Assembly: GCA_052055015.1 (NCBI GenBank)
Contig: JBQJIT010000028.1
Direction: 5' to 3' (one strand)
Length of the DNA stretch: 50,563 nucleotides
Source of the DNA: Malassezia furfur
Taxonomy: Eukaryota
The notes beneath the pieces are model-generated. The model did no database searches. It saw only the letters and a list, made by a program, of their open reading frames with translations, and had not been told where the DNA came from. Shown piece by piece: positions 21,292 through 31,075 of this stretch (its first letter is position 1; every line of letters begins with the position of its first letter). The position numbers and the translations under genes are program-made.

Positions 21292-22630
21292 CTACAGATA
21301 AAAGTTGCGGCGCGACGCGCTCATCTTGGGCTTCCACTTGAACTCCACACCGTCGTCCGGCGCGGTGTGCTCCGTGTCGTCCTCGAGCTGCGCGGGCGCC
21401 TCGTCGGTCTCGAGGTCGTCCACAAACCGGCCGTTCCACGCACCGGCGCCTTTCGGCAGGCCGCGTGCCATCGACACGAGCTTCAACGTGAAGCGTGGCC
21501 CAATCTCCTGCAATGCCGCCTTGTCCGTCGACCGGAACTCGTAGCGGTGCCGACGGAAAAAGACGTAGTCACGCTGGTTGTGTGCCGTGACCACCTGGCG
21601 GCCCTCGAGCTCAGGCACCTTGGGGAACAGGTGCTGCAGCATCCGCCCGACACGGTGGCCCAGCGCCGTGGTAAAGTTGTTCAAGATCAGCTCGGGCGAG
21701 TGGCCCGTCGAGCGCGCGTGCCCGTAGATCTCCTTGCCGTACGACAGCGATGTCAGCCGGAACAACGCCGTGGGGCCCAGCGGCAGCTGCACGAGCGTCA
21801 GCGTGCACGGCTTCTTGTTCGACTCGCCAATCACAATCACCGCGTCGTAGCGACGCGCACGCGCCCACGAGCAAATCTTACCGAGGCCCGCGCCTTTGGC
21901 CTTGGCTCGGGGACGGTACTCGGCGCCAGAAAAGACGCTGAGCAACTCTTTGACAAAATTCCGCGTCTCTTCGGCGGGGTGGCTGCGCGCGTTTGCCGAG
22001 GCAAGATGCGGCGACGTCGAATTCGACGGCAGCGAGGTCGTGATGAGAATCGCAGGCGGCGCCGTAGGGTCGGCGTCCACGTCGTACTTGGCCTGTTGCG
22101 GATCGACGAGGTCGGGCATGGGCTCGGCGTCCATGTCCATCGGCGGTGCCTCGGACGGCTCACTGCCTTCCTCGTCCTCGTCCTCCTCATCCTCTTCGTC
22201 GCTCTCCTCGTCGCTGCCCGAGTCGCTGCCCGAGTCGCTGCCGCTGGCTTCGCTGCTTGGTGTCTCTGTCCGCGCCTGCGCGGCGGGCTTTTCGACCTGC
22301 TCTGCCATCCATGTGGGCAACTCGTGCGTGTTGGGAGCATTCAGCACCGTTGGATTGTACGTGCGCGAGTTCTCAATGGTGCGCGACTTGTTTTTCGCGA
22401 GCCGTTCCTGGGTAAGTGCGTTTGCGTACCTTGCGACGGAGCTTGCCTTCCGTCGACGTGCGCTCCTCTTTCGCGGTTTTCAGGCGGCGCTGCAGTTTGA
22501 GCCGCGCCTTTTCCTTGCGGTACTTTTGGTACATATCCTGCCGCTTGTGCTTGTTCCCGATGTGCGACACATTGCCGGTGCGGCGCAGCGGCACATCGTC
22601 CCCTTCCCCCGACGCCTGAGCGCCGCGCAT
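21292..22630 (-). CDS. RPF1: Brix-domain ribosome biogenesis protein Rpf1 (intron 22408-22429)
   Basis: IGNKHKRQ...ERLAKNKSRTIEN after splicing; PELILNNFTTALG, HNQRDYVFFRRHRY, LQEIGPRFTLKL, RRNFYL. Confidence 0.92.
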
Positions 22631-22722
22631 GCTGGTCCAAAAAAAAAGAGCCACGTGGGTTTCGGGGCTGTCCGGCCGAGCCACCCCGGGGCCGAGGCGG
22701 CTCCGTTTGTCCATTACCAACC

Positions 22723-23012
22723 ATGTCTGTTTTCCTGACTGCCTCGCGTGCCTCGCTGCGTGCTACCCGCGCTCCGGCCATGCAGCTGGCGCGTCGCAAC
22801 GCGCACTTTGAGAACACGGCGGAGACTGTACGTGGATTCTTGGCTGACCACAGTCGCTCCCCTTCCCGCAGGGCCGCAAGCACGCCAAGGGCCTCGCTGT
22901 GGGCGTCGCTGCCTTCTTCGCCACGGGTCTCGGTGTTCCTTTCCTGATCACCTACTACCAGCTGTACGTATACTCTGTGTGCTCCCTACTCACACCCAGT
23001 CACAAGCCTTGA
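22723..23012 (+). CDS. COX8: Cytochrome c oxidase subunit VIIc (yeast Cox8) precursor (introns 22828-22853 and 22964-22999)
   Basis: Spliced product MSVFLTASRASLRATRAPAMQLARRNAHFENTAETSLPFPQGRKHAKGLAVGVAAFFATGLGVPFLITYYQLHKP: presequence, LPF motif and one TM helix ending in YQL. Confidence 0.8.
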
Positions 23013-23054
23013 TTTAGCTCACTAGCCCACCAATCTTGGAACTTATCTCACCGA

Positions 23055-25531
23055 TTACATCAGAAGCACCACAAAGTTGCTCGGGAACGTGTTGGCGCCT
23101 GGCACACGCCGCGCTTCGTCGAGCAGCTCGCCCTGCCACCATCCATCCGGTTCCGTATGCGTCACGGCGATAATGTCGCCGGCCGTGAAACTAAATTCTT
23201 CCGGCATCGACGCAGCGTAGTCGTACAGCGCCTTGACGTAGAACAGGATGGGCTCGCCCGCCTCGCTGTACTGCCCAGTGGGCGGGCGCGGCCCCGGCGC
23301 GGCCGGCGGCGCATTCGACCCAGCGGCGGGCGCGTAGTTCTCCGCCATTTGGTCCTGCGTCACGACACCCTGCGCGTTCAGCGCAATGCCGCCCGGCGTC
23401 GTGCTGCGTGCGGGACCCGCGGCGGGCGCGGCTTCGTAATTGACGTGCGACGACAGCCGCCGCTCCGAGGGGAAGGACTGGCCGTACTTGGTCAACACCT
23501 GCTCCACGGGGATCGGCGACTCGCCACGCGCCGGGGGGTTCATGAACGCCGCGGCGGGTGACAGCGGCCGTTGCTGTAGACGCGGGTCGACACTGCGTGC
23601 CTCGGCGGGCGGCGGAGCAGCGGCTGGCTGAGCCACAGGCTGGCTCGCCAGCGCGTGCATCGGCGCACCTGGCATGGCGCCAGGCATTGTCGCGGGGGCC
23701 GCGGCAGGGGGTGCTTGGGCGGGCGCCGCTTGAGCTGGCGTCGTATTCGGCTGTACCATGCTCGTCGGCCGGCTGTTGGGTGCAGGCGACTTGCGGGACT
23801 GGTGCATACGCAGGTTCGCCAGCGCTTTGGCGATCGGGTCCGACTCGTCGATGTCGGCCGCCGCAGCGCTGGGCCCAGCACCGCTGGGCCCAGCACTGCT
23901 TGCATAGCTCGTGCGGGAGTGCGTTTCGGCGGCAGGCACGTACGTAGGCTGGTTGGGTGCCGGTTGGCTAGGCGCGGGCTGGCTCGGCTGGTACGCCGGC
24001 TGACTCGGCTGGTACGCTGGCTGGCTCGACGGCTGGTACGCTGGTTGGCTCGACGGCTGGTACGCTGGCTGGCTCGGCGGCTGGTACGCTGGCTGGCTCG
24101 GCGGCTGGTACGCGGGCTGGCTCGGCGGCTGGTACGCGGGCTGGCCTGGGACTGCCTGGCTCGGGGATGGCTGGCTCGCGGCCGGTTCCGGACGCGACTG
24201 ACTGCCCATACGCGCGATCGGCGGCGCGCCCGGTGAAAACATGCTGTTGCGGTTTGACGTCGAGGGCGGCGGTGTGCGTGCCACCGGCTCAAGCGACTGC
24301 CGCGGTGGCGGCGTGCGAGCGGTACCACGGCTTCCGCTACGACCGAGATCCAGGTTGGGGTTCGGCGTGAGCAGGGTGTTGGGGGTGAATCCGACGTTGG
24401 GCGTAGCGTTCGCGGCTGTCGACGGCGTTGCGACCGACGGCGGGATGGGCGTGCCCGTGCTCAACGGCGGCATAATGTCCGACGCACGCGTCGACAACCG
24501 GTGGAATTGGGCAGCAGACTGGTTGGGGTCGGCGGGCGGTGCCTGCCCCTGGGCGTAGTTGATGTACTCGGGCGCGGCCGGAATGTTGGCACCCGTGCCG
24601 AACTCGCGCACAAACATCTCGACGTCGCGTGCCGCATCGCATTGCTCGAGCGATACACGCACACGCTCGCACGCCTCGTCGTCCGTCACACAGACGCTAG
24701 AGATTGCGTTCTCAAAGCTCCACAGGTTAGTTTTGAGGAACTCTTGGCGCTCCTCCTCCACGTCCTGACACACGTCCAAAAAGCTCTTCCACTCCGAATT
24801 CCATTTGTACGTGGTGTCCTGCAGCGCACGCACATAGCTCTGGTAGTCCTTGTCTGTGTGAGCGACAGTAGCGACGCACCGTTTGTCCCGACGGTCGCCT
24901 GGACACGTTCGAGCTTGTTCATGAGCTTGTCGAGCTCCTTGCCCTGCACCAAGTTGCTCTGGGCAGTGTATGCGTTGATTTTGGTGCAGTCTTGCTCGTA
25001 CTTTTCGCGCGCGCGCTGCACGTACTGCATCTGCATCTGTTTGTGCTTGTACAGCTTCGTCGTAGCCACCTGGGCAGGACGGCGCACATTTTCGGTGCGC
25101 GCCATCAAGTCCGACAGGGGGTTCTCGATCTCCTTGCGGATGGAGTGCACTAGCTGTGCGTGCGATCGCGCGATGGCCTCTGTCTCTCCGCGCACCTTTT
25201 CGAGCGCTTGGCGCATCGGCCTGCGTCAGTAAAGCGCGCATCACCTACCCTGTCTCATGCCGGCCCAGTGCCGTCTTGGAAAGTTTGCTTAGCCGCTTGG
25301 AGTACTCCTGCTCAATGTCGGCACTGTGTGAGTCTCGCGTGCACGCACCGCTCCTGGTAAAACGAGCGCAGATCTTCGAGGGTGCGCGTCGTATTTTTGA
25401 TGAAGCTCTGCATGACATGGTAGCCAGCATCGTTCTCGCCCTACGGTAAGCACACCACGTACCCAAAAAGCATTGCAAAATGCAAACGGGTCCGCGTCGG
25501 CGTCCCCGTAGCCCGTGTTGCTCTGCATCAT
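23055..25531 (-). CDS. HOF1: F-BAR/SH3 cytokinesis protein, Hof1/Cdc15-like (introns 25441-25462, 25324-25348, 25221-25248, 24854-24879)
   Basis: Spliced FCH start FCNAFWGENDAGYHVM...FYQERADIEQEYSKRLSKL; coiled coil; Pro-rich linker; C-terminal SH3 (YVKALYDY...PDGWWQGEL...FPSNFV). Confidence 0.88.
23980..24143 (-). repeat. Coding minisatellite of about 7 units (24/21 nt) encoding QPAYQPPS
   Basis: Tandem GGCTGGTACGC(T/G)GGCTGGCTCG(G/A)C units on the + strand; 7 PAYQP copies in the translation. Confidence 0.9.
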
Positions 25532-25632
25532 GGCGTGGAGCGAAGCGCGCGTGCGGGTGTTGATATTGATGCTCGGCCGAACTACACGTGCGCCCCCTGC
25601 GCATCGACCCTGCTCGCAGCGGTGGCCGCGAG

Positions 25633-28341
25633 ATGAGCCGCACCGGCGCTCACTCGATGGCGCACGCTCCGCCGGGCGACAAACTCGAGGAGCTGCTGGA
25701 GAAGCAGCCGGAGCCGCGCGCGTCACTCGCGCAGCGGTTGCGCCGCGTTTTCCGGCGTAGCTCGCCGAAACCGCGCGCAAAGCTGGAGGAGGAGGAGGAC
25801 GCGCAGCTCGCCCAGGTGCCGCCACCCACAGAGAAGGCAGAAGTCACGCACACGCCCAAGGCAGTACGCAGACTGCAGTTTGCCAACATCGATGCGGCGC
25901 GGATTCACCCAGAGGACCTACCCCAGGGCTATGATCCAGACGACAACTATCGCGGACTCGATGCCTACGTCAACGCTCGTCGTGCCGAGCGTCGGCGCGT
26001 CCGCCGCGCAGAGCGGCGCATGATGCTCGCGAATCTGCACCGCCGGCATGCGTTCGACGACGAGCTCGACTCGGACGACGCGAGCTCCGACTCGTCGAGC
26101 TCTAGCAGCGAGGGGCCGTTGGGCATTGCACGTCTTCGCGCGCTGTTCGGACACGACTCGGACTCGTCGAGCTCCAGCTCCAGCTCCGATACAAGCAGCT
26201 CGGACTCGGACGATACCGCGTCGGTTGCTTCGAACACAAGCCGCTCCGTCGCCGCTGATACGGACGCAGCAAGCATCGTGAGCCGACGCTCGCGACATGC
26301 GCGGCGCGACGACAGCTCGGTGACCGATTCCCCCGCCTTGTCCACCGCCCTGTCCGTGTTTACGCCGCGCCTCGGTGGCGCTCGCCAGACCCGCAACCGG
26401 CGGCGCGTCCGGCGGCAGCGCAAGCGCGAGCGCAAATACATGCAGAAAGCCAGCCGTAAGGCGCGCCGAAACGCGCGCCGCTTGCGCGAGATTGCAGGCG
26501 GCGTCACCGAATATGCATTGTATACCCCCATGACGCCGGGTCAGGATGCTTGGCTGGCTACCGAGTCATGGAACGCGGTGGTGCACCGCTGGCACGACTA
26601 CTTCTTATACCATCAACAACTCGACGGGCATGCCGGCGATCTAGGCGCACCACACGAAACCGACATGGACAGCTTCGTACTGCCGCCCCCAGCGCTTGAC
26701 ACGCCCGAGGAAGACAATGAGTTTCGTCCGATCAACGAGGACGAGTCGTGGTACGATCAGGAGCGCAACACTGGCCGGCACATGTCGGATGTGCCGCTGA
26801 CGCCTTTCCTCACGGACCATCCGCCTTCGGTGCCGTTCACGCCGCGCACGGTCCGCACAATTGGCCAAACCAATACCCGCACCGTCGACACCATCGCGGA
26901 AGAGGACCTTGGCGAGCTTGGCGAGCCGCTGCTGGGCGACCCGATGCTGGCGTTGCCGTCGAAGACGCCACACTCGGTTGCAGCCCCACCGCCGATCTCG
27001 GAGCTGCTTCCGCCCCTGCTGTCACCGCCGCCGCAGGTCCAGTCGAACCCGTGGTGGCTGGACATTCGATGTCCGACATACAAAGACATGCAGGAGCTTA
27101 GCACCTTTTTCCCGCTGCATCCGCTCACCGTTGAGGATATCTTGAAGCAGGAGCCGCGCGAAAAGGTGGAGACGTTTGACCGGCTTGGCTACTACTTCGT
27201 GGTGATCCGTGCGCTCGACGAGAACTACTTCAAGTTCACGCGCGCCGACCGCAACGAAGGCGAAGTGTCGCTCAAGCAAATCGAGCAGGAACTCGGGCGC
27301 AATCAGCTCTACGGCAACACGCGCTCTGACGCCGAGGCGGTACAGCATGCTGGCCCTACATGGGAGATTACCAAAGACGTACAAAACAGCAAAGAGGGCT
27401 TGGAGGGCCTCAATGCCGGCTCGGTGAGCCTATACCTCGTCGTGTTTGCCCACGGCGTCCTTTCGTTTCATTTTGAAGATGTACAGAAACACCTTGACAA
27501 TGTGCGCTCCCGTCTCGAAAACCACGTTATTCCGGCCGACTACAATGCAGACTGGATCGTGCATGGCATCTACGATTCGGTGGTCGACGCATTCCTTCCC
27601 TACGTGTCATTCTTGCAGGTGCAAGAGGGTATCATCGAGGCTCTCGGCAACGACTTGTCGGTCTCGAACGAGAACGACCGAGCAGGGTCGCGCTCGAACG
27701 ACCAACACGCGGACCTGTATCGCGGCATGCTCAAATACCTCCTGCCTTCCAGCAAGAAGAAAAAGAAAAAGAAGAGCAACTTTACCACGGCCGAAGCGCT
27801 GCGACAGAGCCGGTTCATCTTGCGCCTCTCGGAGACACGCGAGGTGGTTACAGGGCTCTTCCGGCTGCTCACACCTAAGGTCGATGTATTGCGCGGGATG
27901 AAGAAGCGCCTGTATGACTACCGTGGTGCGGCCACCGACGAAAACATGATTCTGATGTACATGGACGACATTTTGGACCACTTGTCGTTGATGGTAACGC
28001 AGCTCCAGGAACGCGACCACGCGCTCGCCCATGTGCACTCGATTTTCCTGGTGAGCTCGCGCACAGTGAACAAGGAGGTACAGCTGCGAATGATCCGCTA
28101 CTTGGTCATCGCGTCCTCGGTCGCGACTGGCACGCTACTGTGCCAGCTGAGTACCAGCTCATTTTCCATGAATATCAAAGTTCCCGCGGATGCACAAGGC
28201 GACTACACCTACAATCATTACTATCCCTTCGGCCTCGTTGTGACTTTCATCGGGCTCGTCCCACTCATCATGTATAGTTATTACCGCGCGGTCGAGAAGA
28301 ACGCTCGGCGCAAGTACGAGCGCGAAAACGCGCGCAGGTAG
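25633..28341 (+). CDS. CorA-family Mg2+/divalent cation transporter (Alr1/Mnr2-like)
   Basis: WWLDIRCPT...LHPLTVEDILKQEPREKVETF..GYYFV; ADWIVHGIYDSVVDAF; two C-terminal TM helices with FSMNIKVP; long low-complexity N-terminus. Confidence 0.88.
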   Translation: MSRTGAHSMAHAPPGDKLEELLEKQPEPRASLAQRLRRVFRRSSPKPRAKLEEEEDAQLAQVPPPTEKAEVTHTPKAVRRLQFANIDAARIHPEDLPQGYDPDDNYRGLDAYVNARRAERRRVRRAERRMMLANLHRRHAFDDELDSDDASSDSSSSSSEGPLGIARLRALFGHDSDSSSSSSSSDTSSSDSDDTASVASNTSRSVAADTDAASIVSRRSRHARRDDSSVTDSPALSTALSVFTPRLGGARQTRNRRRVRRQRKRERKYMQKASRKARRNARRLREIAGGVTEYALYTPMTPGQDAWLATESWNAVVHRWHDYFLYHQQLDGHAGDLGAPHETDMDSFVLPPPALDTPEEDNEFRPINEDESWYDQERNTGRHMSDVPLTPFLTDHPPSVPFTPRTVRTIGQTNTRTVDTIAEEDLGELGEPLLGDPMLALPSKTPHSVAAPPPISELLPPLLSPPPQVQSNPWWLDIRCPTYKDMQELSTFFPLHPLTVEDILKQEPREKVETFDRLGYYFVVIRALDENYFKFTRADRNEGEVSLKQIEQELGRNQLYGNTRSDAEAVQHAGPTWEITKDVQNSKEGLEGLNAGSVSLYLVVFAHGVLSFHFEDVQKHLDNVRSRLENHVIPADYNADWIVHGIYDSVVDAFLPYVSFLQVQEGIIEALGNDLSVSNENDRAGSRSNDQHADLYRGMLKYLLPSSKKKKKKKSNFTTAEALRQSRFILRLSETREVVTGLFRLLTPKVDVLRGMKKRLYDYRGAATDENMILMYMDDILDHLSLMVTQLQERDHALAHVHSIFLVSSRTVNKEVQLRMIRYLVIASSVATGTLLCQLSTSSFSMNIKVPADAQGDYTYNHYYPFGLVVTFIGLVPLIMYSYYRAVEKNARRKYERENARR

Positions 28342-28394
28342 CCCCGTAGCCCTACGCGTAGCATGACTAAGCACGGCCGAACGCGCCGCTTTCC

Positions 28395-28410
28395 GCGCGA
28401 CGCGTCGCGT
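28395..28410. promoter_or_regulatory. MCB-like (ACGCGT/CGCG) cell-cycle element upstream of PCNA
   Basis: GCGCGACGCGTCGCGT about 35 bp upstream of the POL30 ATG; ACGCGT at 28400-28405. Confidence 0.5.
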
Positions 28411-28438
28411 CGAGGTTCCTTGTGCATTTGCCCTCACC

Positions 28439-29450
28439 ATGCTCGAAGCGAAGATTGAACAAGCCGTGGTGGTGCGTAGACCCAACAACTGACTCAGTTC
28501 AAACGTGTCCTGGATGGTACGCACCATTGCCCTCAGCCCGACTAACGCAGCCATCAAGGACCTCGTTGAGCATGCCAACTTTGATTGCAACGAAGAGGGT
28601 CTTGTACGTTGCAATCGCTCACGCAGCACCTGCAAGCCATGGACAGCTCGCACGTTGCCCTCTCTGCCGTGCAGTTGCGTGCTGACGGCTTTGAAGAGTA
28701 TCGGTGCGACCGTCCTATGAGCATCGGCGTCGCCATCACGAGCTTGACCAAGGTCATGCGAAGCGCGCAGAACAACGATATCCTCAACATGCGCAAGGGT
28801 GACAATGCCGACAGCTTGCACCTCGTGTTTGAGGGGACCAGTACGTTTACCCACTGACCCAGGCTCGGACCGCATCGGCGAGTTCGATCTCAAGCTCATG
28901 GATATCGACACCGAGCATCTCGGTATTCCCGACACGGAGTACGACGCGGTGGTCAAGCTCTCGTCGAACGAGTTCGCGCGCATCTGCCGCGACCTGTCAA
29001 ATGTGGGCGAGAGCGTCAAGATTACCATCACCAAAGAGGGTGTCACGTTCTCGACCGAGGGCGAGATCGGCGATGCTCGGATGACGCTCAAGCAGGGCTC
29101 AGGCTCGGCCGCGCGTCTCGATGACGATGACGACGCTGGACTTGACGAAGATGATGCGGACAAGCCCACGAAGAAGAGGAGGACCGATGCAGGTGCCAGC
29201 AGCTCGACGGGCGGCGTCGTCCCCGTTGAGATCCAGCTGGAAAAGGCCGTGGCGCTCACGTTCAGCGTGCAATACCTGGTGAACTTCACCAAGGCTGCTC
29301 CCCTGTCTTCGGCTGTGACGCTTCACATGGCAGACAAGGTCCCGCTTCTGGTCGAGTTTGCGTTTGAGAACGGCCATGTGCGGTACTACCTGGCACCCAA
29401 GCTTGCCGAGGTACGCAATGCGCGCGCTAACCCAGACCGACGACGATTAA
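28439..29450 (+). CDS. POL30: Proliferating cell nuclear antigen (6 exons; introns 28472-28497, 28517-28550, 28604-28626, 28841-28862, 29411-29435)
   Basis: Spliced [47 protein letters not shown]...YRCDR...FDLKLMDIDTEHLGIPDTEY...FARICRDL...YYLAPKLAETDDD. Confidence 0.96.
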
Positions 29451-29725
29451 ATTTGGCGAATGCCATAGGTTTTTACTTTGAGACAAGACAAATGCTTTCG
29501 TCACGACCAAATACGTGTGTAGCGGTACCGTACGGGATGGATGAGGTACGAGGCGATGCATTCGCACGATTTGTAGTGTAAATGTACGAAATCATTTCTA
29601 TTCTGTTCGGCGAGCGTATGCTCGGTGCAAGACTATACTATCCCAAAATGCGTGAAGTCATGTCAAGATTGCCATCGTGTAACGGATAGCAAAGAGGAAT
29701 ATTCATCCGAAATTTCGGTGCTTAA

Positions 29726-30727
29726 TCACTCAATAAAATTCCCATAGTCCCGGTTAAGAGTGTCAAGCTTCAATGTTGGTGCCTCGATCAAGGTCGTCTG
29801 GCTGTGATTCATCCAATCTTCGCCGTCATTGTAGAGAGAAACATATGCATCTTCGCGGTCGGGATTGTACTTCCAAGAGAAATCTTTAGGCAGGTATTGC
29901 ATCGGGTTCACCACGTTCATAATCGCAACAGCGACAAATACAAATGCGCCATCAAACACGTAAAGGCACCATTCAGTATTATTAATCACTCCGTTCCAAC
30001 CAACACCCATTTCGATTACACGGAAAATAGACCGCCGAATAATGAGCTGACTGGAGAAGAACACGGCCCACAGCAGTACTCGGTACCTGTCGTAATGGGG
30101 CGGGGGGTTTTTCCGCACACGGTGCCAGAACGAAAGGAAAACAAAGTCAAACAAGAGATAGCCAGCCAGCTGTACCGAAACACCGGCCACAACGATGTGG
30201 GAGCCACGTTGGGAGTCCTAACGTTAGCCAAAAAAAAGGTACTCACCTCTGCATTGTTGGCGGAGCCTGCCGAGCCACCTCCAATGCCCTGGACCACAAG
30301 CGATACAAGATCGATAGTGACAAAGATCGGGACAAGCATGACGGGACGAAGGACCGAGTACTTGCGCGGAAACATGGTCGCAATGCGGCCGACCACCGTG
30401 AAATGGATCTAGATGAGTGATTGTCGATGTACTGCTGCAAAGAGACAGGGGGTAATGATAAGAAGACACTCCATAGCCACAAACGTGTTGCGGATATACG
30501 GATTAATGTGTCCTTGAATGCGCCTGTGTTAGTTGGGTAACATACAGAGCATAGCCTGCCAATTCTGCGAGGGCGCCAATGAGAAAGACAGACATCCACC
30601 ATTGCCGGTAGTACAGTAGCTGTACAAAATGGGCCGCCGAAGTCAGGCTAAAGGCTACAACCAGGACGATGGCCGCAGCCAAGTTGGGAATGTATCCATA
30701 CAAGGAGAAATCGGCGCGATCTTGCAT
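29726..30727 (-). CDS. RTA1/Rsb1-like multi-TM membrane protein (introns 30524-30545, 30409-30432, 30218-30246)
   Basis: YGYIPNLAAAI; ELAGYALR; IFVTIDLVSLVVQGIGGG; RSIFRVIEM...EWCLYVFDG. Three introns restore a continuous frame. Confidence 0.87.
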
Positions 30728-30897
30728 TGGCCGTGGACTGGTCGTTCGTATATGAGACCACTTACGATAGCGACGTGAAGAGACCTTTTCGCCGAGGCAC
30801 AATCAACTCCTCGAGCCCAATCTCTGCCACATGGCGTATTTGGCGCTCCAACTAATTAGAACATTACGTCGCTTGTCTCTCACTGCCTCCCGCGGCC

Positions 30898-30903
30898 CAC
30901 GTG
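30898..30903. promoter_or_regulatory. CACGTG E-box at the midpoint of the RTA1/MET5 divergent promoter (representative of a recurrent motif)
   Basis: Palindrome centred at 30900.5; the midpoint between the two ATGs is 30901.5. The same motif occurs in six other divergent gaps. Confidence 0.6.
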
Positions 30904-31075
30904 ATTATGGCGTGCTTTTGCGTAAGCAAAGGGGCCTGCACAATGCGGCGTACGCTGTTGGCCGCCGCAAAATGTGCACGCAATAGAGCGTGGGTCACCC
31001 CGGTGTAGCTGTTGGAGCGTTTATAAAATCGAACGACTAGCTTCTTCTCACTACGGTCGTCGACGGTTTGTGAAG

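Noticed and set aside
23980..24143. CRISPR-like array
   Set aside because: Head-to-tail repeats without unique spacers, in frame within a eukaryotic CDS, and no cas genes.
28439..29450. Apparent frameshifts or pseudogenisation in PCNA, NUP84, HOF1, RTA1 and ATP10
   Set aside because: Every break coincides with a GT...branch...AG micro-intron whose removal restores conserved sequence.
30898..30903. CACGTG as a sulfur-regulon (Cbf1/Met4) site specific to MET5
   Set aside because: The same box occurs in front of many unrelated genes here, so it is not evidence of sulfur-specific regulation.
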